Shown: positions 10,800-20,118 of the stretch, piece by piece | How the letters are laid out: each line of letters starts with the position of its first letter | Numbering within the stretch: the first letter of the stretch is position 1 | NCBI GenBank assembly: GCA_963736855.1 | Contig: CAVTQK010000021.1 | Span: 640,001 to 704,000 of the forward strand | DNA: 64,000 bases | Direction of reading: 5' to 3' | Origin: an uncultured delta proteobacterium | Lineage (GTDB): Bacteria; Desulfobacterota; Desulfobacteria; Desulfobacterales; UBA2156 | Notes under the pieces: model-generated | Databases searched by the model: none | Told to the model about the DNA's origin: nothing | What the model saw: only the letters and a program-made list of their open reading frames with translations | Program-made: the position numbers and the translations under genes

Positions 10800-10828
10800 T
10801 TGACACGGTTTTTTTTTTAACATATTAC
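10800..10828 (+). promoter_or_regulatory. Putative sigma70 promoter
   Basis: TTGACA-17 nt-TATTAC upstream of 10877. Confidence 0.5.
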
Positions 10829-10876
10829 ACGATCATTTTTGTGCCAATCAACCCTTTTCCGAAAAGGAGACACCCT

Positions 10877-11578
10877 ATGAATCCGACGAAATTCCTGAAA
10901 TGCCTTTTGATCGTGCTTTTTCTGGGGGTTGCTGTCATTTCTCCCGCATGCGCCGATCTTTATTGGGAATCACTTCAAAAAAGCGAGGGGCTCCCCGGCA
11001 CCCCTGACGGTACCCAGACCGTGAAAAACTTTATGACGGCCAACGCCACGCGGTATGAGGCTAGAGACAACATCACCATCGTCGATCTGAATAAGATGAA
11101 AATGTACAACCTGGACCCGAAGGCCAAAACCTACAACGAAGTTGATCTGTCCAAGATGGGACAGGTCCCGGAAATGGAAGGAGAGGCTGGAAAGCAGTTT
11201 ATGGGGATGGTCAAGGGGCTCATGGGCAGCATCAAAGTAACCCCCACGAAAGAAACCCGAACGATTTCCGGGTATGCCTGCACAAAAAATATCGTCAGCT
11301 TCATGGGGACCCAGTCCGAAAACTGGGTGACCCGGGATATCAAGGGATTGGATGAAATGATGGGCTATGGGAAACGATTCTCGGAAGTCATGAACCAGAA
11401 TCCCATGATGCGGCAAATGAACGTTTCCGCCATGATCCAGGATCTCAAAGGGTTCCCTGTAGAAACCACCGTGAATATGATGAATGGGAAAATGACGACC
11501 ACCCTTCAAAAATTCGAACAAAAAAATCTAAGTGCGGAACTCTTCAAGGTTCCGCCGGGCTATAAGAAAACCGAGTAA
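10877..11578 (+). CDS. Exported DUF4412-like protein
   Basis: AGGAG RBS; signal peptide ending ACA; TKETRTISGYACTK and LFKVPPGYK signatures. Confidence 0.8.
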   Translation: MNPTKFLKCLLIVLFLGVAVISPACADLYWESLQKSEGLPGTPDGTQTVKNFMTANATRYEARDNITIVDLNKMKMYNLDPKAKTYNEVDLSKMGQVPEMEGEAGKQFMGMVKGLMGSIKVTPTKETRTISGYACTKNIVSFMGTQSENWVTRDIKGLDEMMGYGKRFSEVMNQNPMMRQMNVSAMIQDLKGFPVETTVNMMNGKMTTTLQKFEQKNLSAELFKVPPGYKKTE

Positions 11579-11715
11579 TTTTGTCAAAAACCACCCCGGT
11601 AAGCGAATTCCGCATCCCCCTAGCGATATCGAAGGCCGAAACACCCGCTGGCTGGGGGGGGGATTTTTGAATCACCACCAAAATCGCATCCAAGCAACAT
11701 GACAACGGAGGAAAG

Positions 11716-12471
11716 ATGAAAACAAGAGTTCTGGCAACCCTTTGCATCTGGATCTGGCTTGTCGCCCCTGCCTGGGCCATGTTCGAAGTGGAGGGATTTT
11801 TCTGGTTTATGAAACCAGAGGGGGAAGCATCCGTGGGGATCGATGGCCTTCAAGGAACAAAGGCAGACCTTGAGACGGATTTCGGTTATGATGATACGGA
11901 AAACGTTCCGGGGCTTCGGTTCATCGTCGGAAATACTCATCAGTTCGGATTTTCGGGTTTTCAGGTGGACGCTTCGGCGGAAAACACCATCGACCGGACG
12001 ATCTTTTTTATGGACAAGGAATTCCGTTTCAATGAACGAGTCTCGACCTCTTTTGAGGTCACGGTGCTCCAGGCCTTTTATCGATTCAACATGGGTCCGG
12101 AAATCTTTCATGGAGGGCTCATCGCCGGCGGGGAATACATTTCCGCTGAAACCGCCGCTTCATCCCCACGCCTGGGGCAGGCAAAGGCCGACCTGGAAAC
12201 AGGTATGTTTCTTCTCGGAGCCTTTGCCGAAACCAACCCCCTGCCGTTTCTGAGACTCAAGGCCGCATTGATGGGCGGCACTTTCGATGTCAGTGATGTT
12301 GAGGCGCGCTATTTGGATTTTGAATTCTCCGCTATGGCCAAAATCCCGCCGGGCTTTCACCTAGGTGCCGGGTATCGTTACATCGACATCGATGCGGAGG
12401 ATACCCAGTTCCCTCTGGAGATCAATCTCGCCTTTAAGGGTCCCTTTATCTTCGTGGGTTTTGAATGGTAG
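11716..12471 (+). CDS. Outer-membrane beta-barrel protein
   Basis: Signal peptide ending AWA, alternating beta strands, GAGYRY, aromatic C-terminus GFEW. Confidence 0.8.
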   Translation: MKTRVLATLCIWIWLVAPAWAMFEVEGFFWFMKPEGEASVGIDGLQGTKADLETDFGYDDTENVPGLRFIVGNTHQFGFSGFQVDASAENTIDRTIFFMDKEFRFNERVSTSFEVTVLQAFYRFNMGPEIFHGGLIAGGEYISAETAASSPRLGQAKADLETGMFLLGAFAETNPLPFLRLKAALMGGTFDVSDVEARYLDFEFSAMAKIPPGFHLGAGYRYIDIDAEDTQFPLEINLAFKGPFIFVGFEW

Positions 12472-12493
12472 AAGCCGCGCTGGAAATTTGAAA

Positions 12494-13648
12494 TCAGACG
12501 CCGGCCTGCTCCTTTGGCCGCTGCAGATAGTCGGATACATCGCGCACTTTTTCCGGGTATCCGGCTATGTAGCTTTCCGTCATCTGGTAGGCCTTGTCAT
12601 CAGGGAACTGTTTCGGGGGGTGCTTGCAGAAATAGGCGGAAGGACCCTCAAGGACGCCTCCTTTTCCCCTCTTGAGAGCCAGCTTAATGCATCGGATGGC
12701 ATCGATGGCTACCCCGGCCGAGTTGGGCGAGTCCTCCACGGAAAGCCGAAGCTCGAGTTCCATGGGCACATCCCCGAAAAGCTTGCCCTCCATACGAATA
12801 AAGCAAACTTTGTTGTCTTTCTGCCAGGGGACATAGTCGCTGGGTCCGATGTGGATGTTTTCATCTCTCAGCCGGCTGGATGCCACGGATTGAACCGCCT
12901 CGGTTTTTGACTCCTTTTTGGATGCGAGCCGTTGCCGATTGAGCATATTTAAAAAATCCGTGTTTCCACCCGTATTGAGCTGATAGGTACGCTCCAGTTT
13001 GACACCCCTTTTTCGAAAAAGATCCGTAAGGACCCGATGGGTGATGGTGGCACCCAGCTGCGATTTGATATCGTCCCCGATGATGGGAATCCTTTTCTCT
13101 TCAAACCGCTTTATCCATTTCGGATCGCTGGCAATAAACACCGGAATATTATTAATAAAAGCTACATTGGCCTCCAGAGCGCACTCTGCATAAAATTCGG
13201 TCGCCTTTTGCGATCCGACGGGCATGTAGTTGAGAAAAACATCGACCTTGGCGGCTTTCAGGGTGGCAATGATATCCTCCCGGTCCGGCTCCGGGGTATC
13301 GGCTATAACGAAACGGGCATCTTCGTCATATTCTTTCATATGCTCAGATACGCCATCCAGGACCCGGCCCATCTGAACCATGACACCCGATTCGGGGAGG
13401 TGATCGCAAAATATCCGGGTACAATTCGGTTTGGTAAAAATGGCCTGGTTGACTTCTTTATCCATCTTCCGCTGGTCGATATCAAAAGCAGCGACTACTT
13501 CAATGTCCGAGGGTTTGTAGCCTCCGATATCCCAGTGCATGAGACCGATAGCATCGTGAGGATTCTTGTCCCGGTAATAATAAATCCCTTGAATCAAAGC
13601 GCTCGCACAGTTTCCTATCCCCGCAATGGCAACTCTGATTCTATCCAT
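12494..13648 (-). CDS. ino1: myo-inositol-1-phosphate synthase
   Basis: IAGIGNCAS, NYMPVGS, GDDIKSQLGAT, GGNTDF, SKKESKT, DSPNSAG motifs. Confidence 0.95.
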   Translation of the reverse strand: MDRIRVAIAGIGNCASALIQGIYYYRDKNPHDAIGLMHWDIGGYKPSDIEVVAAFDIDQRKMDKEVNQAIFTKPNCTRIFCDHLPESGVMVQMGRVLDGVSEHMKEYDEDARFVIADTPEPDREDIIATLKAAKVDVFLNYMPVGSQKATEFYAECALEANVAFINNIPVFIASDPKWIKRFEEKRIPIIGDDIKSQLGATITHRVLTDLFRKRGVKLERTYQLNTGGNTDFLNMLNRQRLASKKESKTEAVQSVASSRLRDENIHIGPSDYVPWQKDNKVCFIRMEGKLFGDVPMELELRLSVEDSPNSAGVAIDAIRCIKLALKRGKGGVLEGPSAYFCKHPPKQFPDDKAYQMTESYIAGYPEKVRDVSDYLQRPKEQAGV

Positions 13649-14013
13649 CTTGTCACGCCTCCGTTTTATCTGCTCTTTTCATATTCTTTCACGCTAGATT
13701 TTTATATTCAAATTTCAACCAAAACTCAACATAAATCGGTTTTTACAAGGTCACAGCATGGGGTCTTCAGGCAAACCCAACGGATGGCCATTTTCTTTTT
13801 GGCGACGAAATCAGTCTCCAAAACATTCTGATTTACGCCTGGTATTTCTTGAAAGGCTCAACTCCTTCGGTTCATTTGCCATTTTCCGCGGGGTGTGATG
13901 TAATGCAAATTTAGAACCAGCCGGAATATCAGCGGCTTGCAGACCGAAATCGGATTAGACACTGTCCGTGCGAATCCTTTAGCAGTGCCAATGAAACCTT
14001 TTATAGAGAAAAT

Positions 14014-14709
14014 ATGCCGTTTGCAGTTCGAAACATCACCGTGAAGTTTCCGGGTGCCACCCGATTAGTCATTAACGATTTATCGTTTGATCTGCCCGTC
14101 CCCGGATTTCACGCCCTGTTCGGTCCCTCGGGAGCCGGCAAAACGACGATGGCCCGAGTGATTACCGGTGACCTGCGGCCCTTGTCCGGCGGAATCCATG
14201 CGGGAGGCCTGTCTATCTTTTTATATACCTATAACCTGGAGCGGCTGCCGGACTGGTCCACGGTGGGCAGCCATCTTGATAAAGTGACTCCACCAGGCCG
14301 TGAAGGTCTCCGAGAGGACCTTATCCGTATTTTCAGGCTGGAGGAATGCATTCTGAAACGTTTTTCCCTCCTGTCTCTGGGCCAGCAAAACCGCGTCAAC
14401 TTGCTGCGCTACCTTCTTCAGGATTTCGATCTGCTCATCATGGATGAAAGCCTGGGTAACGTGGATGAACCGACCCGGGAAAAAATCCTCTTTCAGATCA
14501 AAGAGATGTTCCCGACGTCCTATTTTATTTACATCTCCCATAATGTTGTGGAAGTTGCCCGATTTTGCCGATGCGTCGTGGTGCTCAGAGGGGGCAATCG
14601 CTCACCTCAATCCTATACGATCCTGGGCCAGGATGCCCGGGCAGGGATTCAACCGGATCCCCAAAAACTGGAAAGGACCATGCTCGAGATCGTCAATGCT
14701 TCTTCATAG
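14014..14709 (+). CDS. ABC transporter ATP-binding protein (NitT/TauT-like)
   Basis: Walker A GPSGAGKT, LSLGQQ, Walker B LLIMDE, ISH. Confidence 0.88.
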   Translation: MPFAVRNITVKFPGATRLVINDLSFDLPVPGFHALFGPSGAGKTTMARVITGDLRPLSGGIHAGGLSIFLYTYNLERLPDWSTVGSHLDKVTPPGREGLREDLIRIFRLEECILKRFSLLSLGQQNRVNLLRYLLQDFDLLIMDESLGNVDEPTREKILFQIKEMFPTSYFIYISHNVVEVARFCRCVVVLRGGNRSPQSYTILGQDARAGIQPDPQKLERTMLEIVNASS

Positions 14710-15451
14710 GCGCATTTATCAATTTTTCATCATCTATTGCCTGGCTGTGGGTGCATTATTGCTCCTTAAATATACCCTTGCCCTATCGGATTACGTCATC
14801 CCCGGCCCTCGGACCCTGTGGCTGACTGCCATGGAAACTGTCGGGCAGTATTTCAAGGACGTCATGGATACCCTCTTAGTGGCGGTGATCGGCCAATTTA
14901 TTTCAATCGTGTTGGCTTTGGTTCTGGGTATTTTCGGCAGGAGTTCGACCTGGTTCGGATCCTTCATCAAAGCAGCCGCATACAACATCCAGGCGTATCC
15001 CATCGTAGCCATTGCACCCATTATCTTCATTCTGCTGGGTGACGGTCTGATTTCCCGCCTCCTGATCGCCGCCATGATTTGTTACTTTCCCCTACTGCTC
15101 TCAGTCATCGGCATCATGTCCGAACCGGTCGTCGACGTCGAACACTTCTATCGGGTCACTCGTCGCATGCGCTGGCAGTTGGAGGTGAAAATCCGTGCCT
15201 TTGAGAACCTCAGTCAACTGACCACGGTGATCGCCGGGAGCGCGACCCTGGCCATGGCGGGAACCATTGTTGCCGAGTTTATCGTGGCCGACGCCGGAAT
15301 CGGATACGCCATCCGGATCGCCCTTTTTCAAAGCGATCTTCCTAAAATTCTGGTTGCTCTCTTTTTAATCGGGATGACGCTGTCGATTTATCAGGGCATC
15401 CTGGAAGTCGCTGGGTTCCTCATTAAAAGCGCCTGGATCCAAAAGAAATAA
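14696..15451 (+). CDS. ABC transporter permease (NitT/TauT-like)
   Basis: TM helices, PIVAIAP, IVAEFI..GIG; ATG 14696 overlaps the end of the ATPase gene. Confidence 0.88.
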   Translation: MLLHRRIYQFFIIYCLAVGALLLLKYTLALSDYVIPGPRTLWLTAMETVGQYFKDVMDTLLVAVIGQFISIVLALVLGIFGRSSTWFGSFIKAAAYNIQAYPIVAIAPIIFILLGDGLISRLLIAAMICYFPLLLSVIGIMSEPVVDVEHFYRVTRRMRWQLEVKIRAFENLSQLTTVIAGSATLAMAGTIVAEFIVADAGIGYAIRIALFQSDLPKILVALFLIGMTLSIYQGILEVAGFLIKSAWIQKK

Positions 15452-15462
15452 AGGAATCCATT

Positions 15463-16473
15463 ATGAAATATGCATCGAATCCAAACCCATCTCTCCTTCA
15501 TGGATATATTTTTTTAGCAGCTTTGTTGCTGATAATGTTGCCGGCTGAAGAACTCCATGCTGCTGAGCGCGTGAATTACCGTTTGAAATGGATCTTCAAT
15601 GCAAGTGTTTTGGGAGACATTTACGCTGACGCTTTCGGCTTTTTTGCCGAACAGGGACTGTCGGTGGATGTCAAGGCCGGAGGACCGGAGCGGGATGCCA
15701 TCATGGAGCTCGAGCTTGGCCGAACGGAGTTCGGTGTCGCCTCAGCCGATCAGGTTATTCGGGCGCTATCCAAGGGAGCCCGCCTGGTGGTAGTGGCTCA
15801 ACTTTTTCAAATCAATCCGATGCAGTGGATGTACCGGTCGGATCAGATGCACATCCAAACTCTTAAGGATCTAAAAGGACACAGACTGGGAGTTACTTTT
15901 GGAGGAAACGATGAGGCGATCCTGCGCACCCTTTTGGCCAAAGGCGGTCTCACCGAAAATGATTTTACGCTGTTCAGCGTACGAAATGATTTTACACCTT
16001 TTTTGATAAAAAAAGTTCATTTTTGGCCTGTCTATCGAAACACGCAGGCTGTTTTTTTGGAAACCAAGTTAAAGGATGCCGGGGAGCGCATTTCGTTTTT
16101 CGATCCCGCGGCATTTGGGGTTAAATTTGTCGCCAATTCGGTCATCACCTCCAGAGACATCCTTGAAAAACGTCCTGAACTGGTGCGCCGTTTCATGCGG
16201 GGTCTTATCAAAGGGTGGCAAGCTGCCCTCGAGATGAAAAACCGGGACAAGGCCCTCGAGATCCTGCAACGTTACGAAAAGGGGACTCCGTCAGCAATTC
16301 TCAAAAAACAAATCGAACTCACCCGGAGCCTGGTCCATCCCGATCCTGGGGTCCCCATCGGCACCATCGACGTGGCGGCCTGGCAGCAAACCGAAACCAT
16401 CATGAGCCTTCAGAATCAGATCAGCGCCCCTGTCGAAGTCGAGCGCGCCATCGTACAGATTCTCCCCGATTGA
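15463..16473 (+). CDS. ABC substrate-binding protein, NMT1/THI5-like
   Basis: Signal peptide, RLKW, GFFAEQGLSV, DLKGHRLGV, PELVRRFMRGLIKGW. Confidence 0.88.
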   Translation: MKYASNPNPSLLHGYIFLAALLLIMLPAEELHAAERVNYRLKWIFNASVLGDIYADAFGFFAEQGLSVDVKAGGPERDAIMELELGRTEFGVASADQVIRALSKGARLVVVAQLFQINPMQWMYRSDQMHIQTLKDLKGHRLGVTFGGNDEAILRTLLAKGGLTENDFTLFSVRNDFTPFLIKKVHFWPVYRNTQAVFLETKLKDAGERISFFDPAAFGVKFVANSVITSRDILEKRPELVRRFMRGLIKGWQAALEMKNRDKALEILQRYEKGTPSAILKKQIELTRSLVHPDPGVPIGTIDVAAWQQTETIMSLQNQISAPVEVERAIVQILPD

Positions 16474-16565
16474 TGCCGGATGCGATGGGCACCGTCATGT
16501 ATCTTTAAGAGCAGACGGCACCTGTTCCCAGGTGAATCTTTGGACGCTCTCACTATCTTATTTCT

Positions 16566-16724
16566 TCAATCTTCGGGCTTTGCAGCCGAATCCTCTCCAT
16601 CATCCGAATCTTTTTCCGACGATGGTTCGTCTTTGTTGAACTTGCGTTGTCTTTTCAGCTCTTTTTTCTTTTTCCTGGCCAACTCTTTCTGTCTTTTTTG
16701 AAACTGATAGTTCGATCTGGCCAC
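16566..16724 (-). CDS. Small charged protein, 52 aa
   Basis: Below the track cutoff; AAGGAGGTG RBS then GTG: MARSNYQFQKRQKELARKKKKELKRQRKFNKDEPSSEKDSDDGEDSAAKPED*. Confidence 0.75.
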   Translation of the reverse strand: MARSNYQFQKRQKELARKKKKELKRQRKFNKDEPSSEKDSDDGEDSAAKPED

Positions 16725-16822
16725 GTCTTCACCTCCTTAGAATGTATTTTAATCTTAAAGAACCCTTTTGACCCTATCGCTCGAGATAAAAATCCGGTCA
16801 GCATGTTTTAAGAAAACACGAT

Positions 16823-16861
16823 AAAAACAAAAGGGCGTCCCAAAGATTAGGGATGCCCTTT
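16823..16861 (-). terminator. Intrinsic terminator of the cold-shock gene
   Basis: Inverted repeat AAGGGCGTCCC / GGGATGCCCTT followed by a T-rich run on the minus strand. Confidence 0.7.
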
Positions 16862-16879
16862 CGATTTCGGTACCCTACG

Positions 16880-17080
16880 CTAAATCACCTTGACATTCAC
16901 GGCAGCGGGGCCTTTGGGTCCTTTTTCAATTTCGAACGTAACCTGGTCGCCCTCATTGAGAGATTTGAATCCGGTCCCATCGATGGCCGAATGATGAACA
17001 AAAACATCCGGCCCGTCTTCCTGTTTAATGAAACCGTACCCTTTTGAATTGCTGAACCATTTCACGGTTCCGTTGGGCAT
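16880..17080 (-). CDS. cspA: Cold-shock protein (CspA family)
   Basis: [15 protein letters not shown] (RNP1), DVFVH (RNP2), KGPAAVNV. Confidence 0.96.
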   Translation of the reverse strand: MPNGTVKWFSNSKGYGFIKQEDGPDVFVHHSAIDGTGFKSLNEGDQVTFEIEKGPKGPAAVNVKVI

Positions 17081-17272
17081 GTTACCCTCCTCCTTTCCAT
17101 TTTTTAATTCTCAAAGTTTCAACCTGGAGGAGGCAACACCGAAAGTGTATTATTCCTTCAGAGCGAAACCGCCCTGCCAGACTATGGCAGGACTTTACTG
17201 ATTGAAATCCCTTTATCCTTTCCGAATGATGAAAGCAAGAAAATTGTCAATTGCCGGTTTTCAGGAATTTGC

Positions 17273-18373
17273 CTAATCGCCATAAATGCGCTTGCCCCAT
17301 CGAGTATCTGTAAAGTCGGCCAGATTGACCGATTCCTGTTTTACAAATCCGGTGCCCAGCGCTTGCCGGCTGAAAAGTTCGAGGATCGCTACCAGGCTTG
17401 CCGCAGTAGAAAGCTGGATGGCGGAAAATCGCTTTCCATCAATAAAATCCCCGTAAATTTTCTTGACGAAGTTGCGCTGATGGACTCCCTTTTCATCCTC
17501 ACCCACCACGTTGATATAAAGGATGACGACGTCGTTTTCCGTGGTAGGGACTTCCTGATCAAAAATTTGGGTGAGCAATTGTTTATTATCGATGAGGTTT
17601 AAATCGTAAAGCAAAAATTTCATGAGATCCCGGTGGCCGGGATACCGGATCGTCTTATAGTTCAGATCTCGGATCCTGCCCTCATAGGTCTCACACAGGG
17701 TGCCGACACCGCCTGAGGTGTAAAAAGCTTCATACTCGGTGCCGTCGAGTGTGAGACGTTCGATCCCCTCCAATGGTTTGGCTTTAAGGGGTTGTCCGTC
17801 GAACAAATGATCGCAAAGACGGCAATACTCATTGATCAAACCTGCGGTGTTCCAGCTTAAATAATATTTCATGGCATTGCTGGCATACAGGGGGAGCGCT
17901 CCAACCCTCAATTCTAGACTTCGAACCGAGTGGAGTTCCTGGGCAAGGCTTGCGCCGATAATATTGATCGCCCCGGGCGCAAGACCGCATTGAGGCATGA
18001 AGGGAATTTTCGCCCCTTTCGCAAGGTTGCGGATCGCTTCTGTAGTCTGCACATCTTCGGTCAGGTCAAAATAGGCTACCTCCTTTTTTGCGCACAACGC
18101 AGCGATTTCTTTGTTCAGATAAAACGGAGCGGCACTCACTATGGCGTCTTTGCCGTTGATAAATGAATCCAGTTTTGCAGCATCGGTGAAATTAAAAGAT
18201 GAAAAGTGATGCCGATCTCGGAATGCGTCCGGAAGATGGCTTCTGCTGTCCGCCAGGACCACCTCACGGCAAAATGGGCATGATTCCAGCATAACCGCAA
18301 TGGTTACTCCGACTTTTCCAGCACCTAAGATTCCGATCTTCAACGCTTTTTCCACTGTTTTTGCATCCTCCAA
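17273..18373 (-). CDS. Saccharopine dehydrogenase / lysine 6-dehydrogenase family protein
   Basis: GILGAGKVG Rossmann motif, YFDLTED, CGLAPG, GLINEY, YKTIRYPGH. Confidence 0.88.
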   Translation of the reverse strand: MEDAKTVEKALKIGILGAGKVGVTIAVMLESCPFCREVVLADSRSHLPDAFRDRHHFSSFNFTDAAKLDSFINGKDAIVSAAPFYLNKEIAALCAKKEVAYFDLTEDVQTTEAIRNLAKGAKIPFMPQCGLAPGAINIIGASLAQELHSVRSLELRVGALPLYASNAMKYYLSWNTAGLINEYCRLCDHLFDGQPLKAKPLEGIERLTLDGTEYEAFYTSGGVGTLCETYEGRIRDLNYKTIRYPGHRDLMKFLLYDLNLIDNKQLLTQIFDQEVPTTENDVVILYINVVGEDEKGVHQRNFVKKIYGDFIDGKRFSAIQLSTAASLVAILELFSRQALGTGFVKQESVNLADFTDTRWGKRIYGD

Positions 18374-18467
18374 TAGGAATATGAAAATAAGGCGATTTAT
18401 AAAAAGGATCGTTCAAGAAATCTGTGGAACCCTCTGTTGCTCATTGAAAATGGCGGGTTCCAAGCGG

Positions 18468-19853
18468 CTATGGAAAAATCTTTCCCGGATTCAAAATGCC
18501 GTTGGGATCAAAAAGGGCCTTGATACCCTGCATCCACTTCAGGCTTTCGCCGTGTTCGATTTCCATAAATGCGCGCTTCCCGATACCTACTCCGTGCTCC
18601 CCGGTGGCGGTACCACCACAGCTCAGGGCCCTCTCCACCATCCGACCGGCTATCCCCTCGATCCGCTTCCAGACCGCCGTATCCTCCTTTTTTCCCACAA
18701 GGTTCAGGTGCAGGTTCCCGTCTCCGGCATGGCTGAAGATGTACCCCGTCAAGCCGCTTTGCTCCATCTCCTTTTGGGCATGAATGATCATTTCCGGATA
18801 CGCCGATGCCGGCACCGCGACATCCACCACCAAAACCCGGCATCCGGGGTGTTTCCTTAGGATCATCTCTCCCAACTCATGCCGGGCTTGGAAAATCCGG
18901 TCGTGCTCCTCGCGCCCGATTCCCGGATAAAACGATACGCTTTTTACTTCCGCACAAATTTCCTGAGCCATATGTACCACGTGCAGGAGATATTCCCGGG
19001 AAGGCCCCTGAAATTCCATAAAAAGTGTAGGGAAAGTTTCAAGACCGAGATTCCGCTCCTGATTCATCAAGGGAATGCATTCGGATCCCATAAGCTCCAA
19101 GGCTGACGGGTCAAGCCCGGCGCGGATGATCTCGCAGACTCCTCTTCCTGCCGCTTCCAATGACGGGAAAGCGGCGATGGCGGCGGAAAGGGCTTCCGGG
19201 AGCCCTGCCAGGCGAACAGTGGCCTCCACTACCAGGCCCAGGGTTCCTTCAGACCCGACAAAAAGATGGAGAAGATCATACCCCGAGGAAGTTTTGGATG
19301 CGCGGGTCCCCGTCTTAATGAGTTCCCCGTTAGCCAGGGCAATGGCCATTTGCAGAATGCAGTCTTTTGTCGCCCCATACCGGATGGTGTGCGGACCGCT
19401 TGCGTTGTTGGCGATCATACCACCAATGGTGGCCCGCGCCCCGGGGTCGGGTGGAAAAAAGAGCCCCCTGAATTTGAGTTTTTCATTTAAATCCTGATAA
19501 ATGACCCCCGGCTCCACGTCGGCCTGAAAATCTGCCTCGCGAATGTCGAGAATCCGGTTCATCCGACAAAAATCGACGACCAGGCCCCCGTGAACCGGGA
19601 TGGGGTTGCCTTCCATGCTGGTTCCGGCCCCCCATGCGGTGACAGGAATCCGGTGTGTGTCGGCGAAGGCAAGGATCCGGCAAACTTCATCCCGGTTTAC
19701 CGGCCATATCACTGCATCCGGACGCTTAGGGGTATGAAAAGATTGATCCGCCGAGTGAAGATCCAGGTAGGATTCCCCTGTTGAAAACCGATCCGGTGCC
19801 ACCATGGATCGGAATGCATCCGTGTGATGGCGGTTCATGGAGGAAAAGTCCAA
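18468..19853 (-). CDS. FAD-linked 2-hydroxyacid oxidase/dehydrogenase (GlcD/D-LDH family)
   Basis: PPDPGARATIGGMIANNASG, GSEGTLG, HAGDGNLH, GEHGVG, DPNGILNPGK. Confidence 0.93.
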   Translation of the reverse strand: MDFSSMNRHHTDAFRSMVAPDRFSTGESYLDLHSADQSFHTPKRPDAVIWPVNRDEVCRILAFADTHRIPVTAWGAGTSMEGNPIPVHGGLVVDFCRMNRILDIREADFQADVEPGVIYQDLNEKLKFRGLFFPPDPGARATIGGMIANNASGPHTIRYGATKDCILQMAIALANGELIKTGTRASKTSSGYDLLHLFVGSEGTLGLVVEATVRLAGLPEALSAAIAAFPSLEAAGRGVCEIIRAGLDPSALELMGSECIPLMNQERNLGLETFPTLFMEFQGPSREYLLHVVHMAQEICAEVKSVSFYPGIGREEHDRIFQARHELGEMILRKHPGCRVLVVDVAVPASAYPEMIIHAQKEMEQSGLTGYIFSHAGDGNLHLNLVGKKEDTAVWKRIEGIAGRMVERALSCGGTATGEHGVGIGKRAFMEIEHGESLKWMQGIKALFDPNGILNPGKIFP

Positions 19854-20012
19854 ATGCCGCTCCCGATGATAAAAACGTTTTTCTTAAAGATTTCAGAAGT
19901 TTTTACCGAGTCTTCGCTCAAAAGTCGCACCCGATGATATTTTTATCACAGCTTCGCTTTTTACCATCCGGCCTGACCCCAAGACAAGCTTTTCTAAGGG
20001 TACGGGATTCCG

Positions 20013-20041
20013 TTGACATCGGAATTCCTTTTTCCTATAAA
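20013..20041 (+). promoter_or_regulatory. Putative sigma70 promoter of the Liv-type operon
   Basis: TTGACA-17 nt-TATAAA. Confidence 0.6.
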
Positions 20042-20118
20042 AAGTCTCGACAAAGTGAGGGTTCTGCATCGTGATGCACCTGACTATCGTATTAAACGCA
20101 TAAGAACAAGGAGGAGCC

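Noticed and set aside
11587..11668. Long imperfect hairpin after the DUF4412-like gene as an ncRNA
   Set aside because: Pairing is weak and ambiguous; at most a terminator or mRNA stabiliser.
13037..13831. Long antisense or alternate-frame ORFs (e.g. 13037..13831, 47796..48554, 55125..55787)
   Set aside because: Shadow ORFs opposite well-supported genes.
13650..14013. TPP or c-di-GMP riboswitch upstream of the NMT1/THI5 transporter or ino1
   Set aside because: No CTGAGA / GAACCTGA TPP core; GGCAAACC at about 13770 lacks the GAAA hairpin and the GACGCAAA continuation.
17173..17191. CCTGCCA..TGGCAGG hairpin as another copy of the 27-nt mini-element
   Set aside because: Only 19 nt, lacks the internal CTG/CAG stem, and is better explained as part of the csp leader structure.
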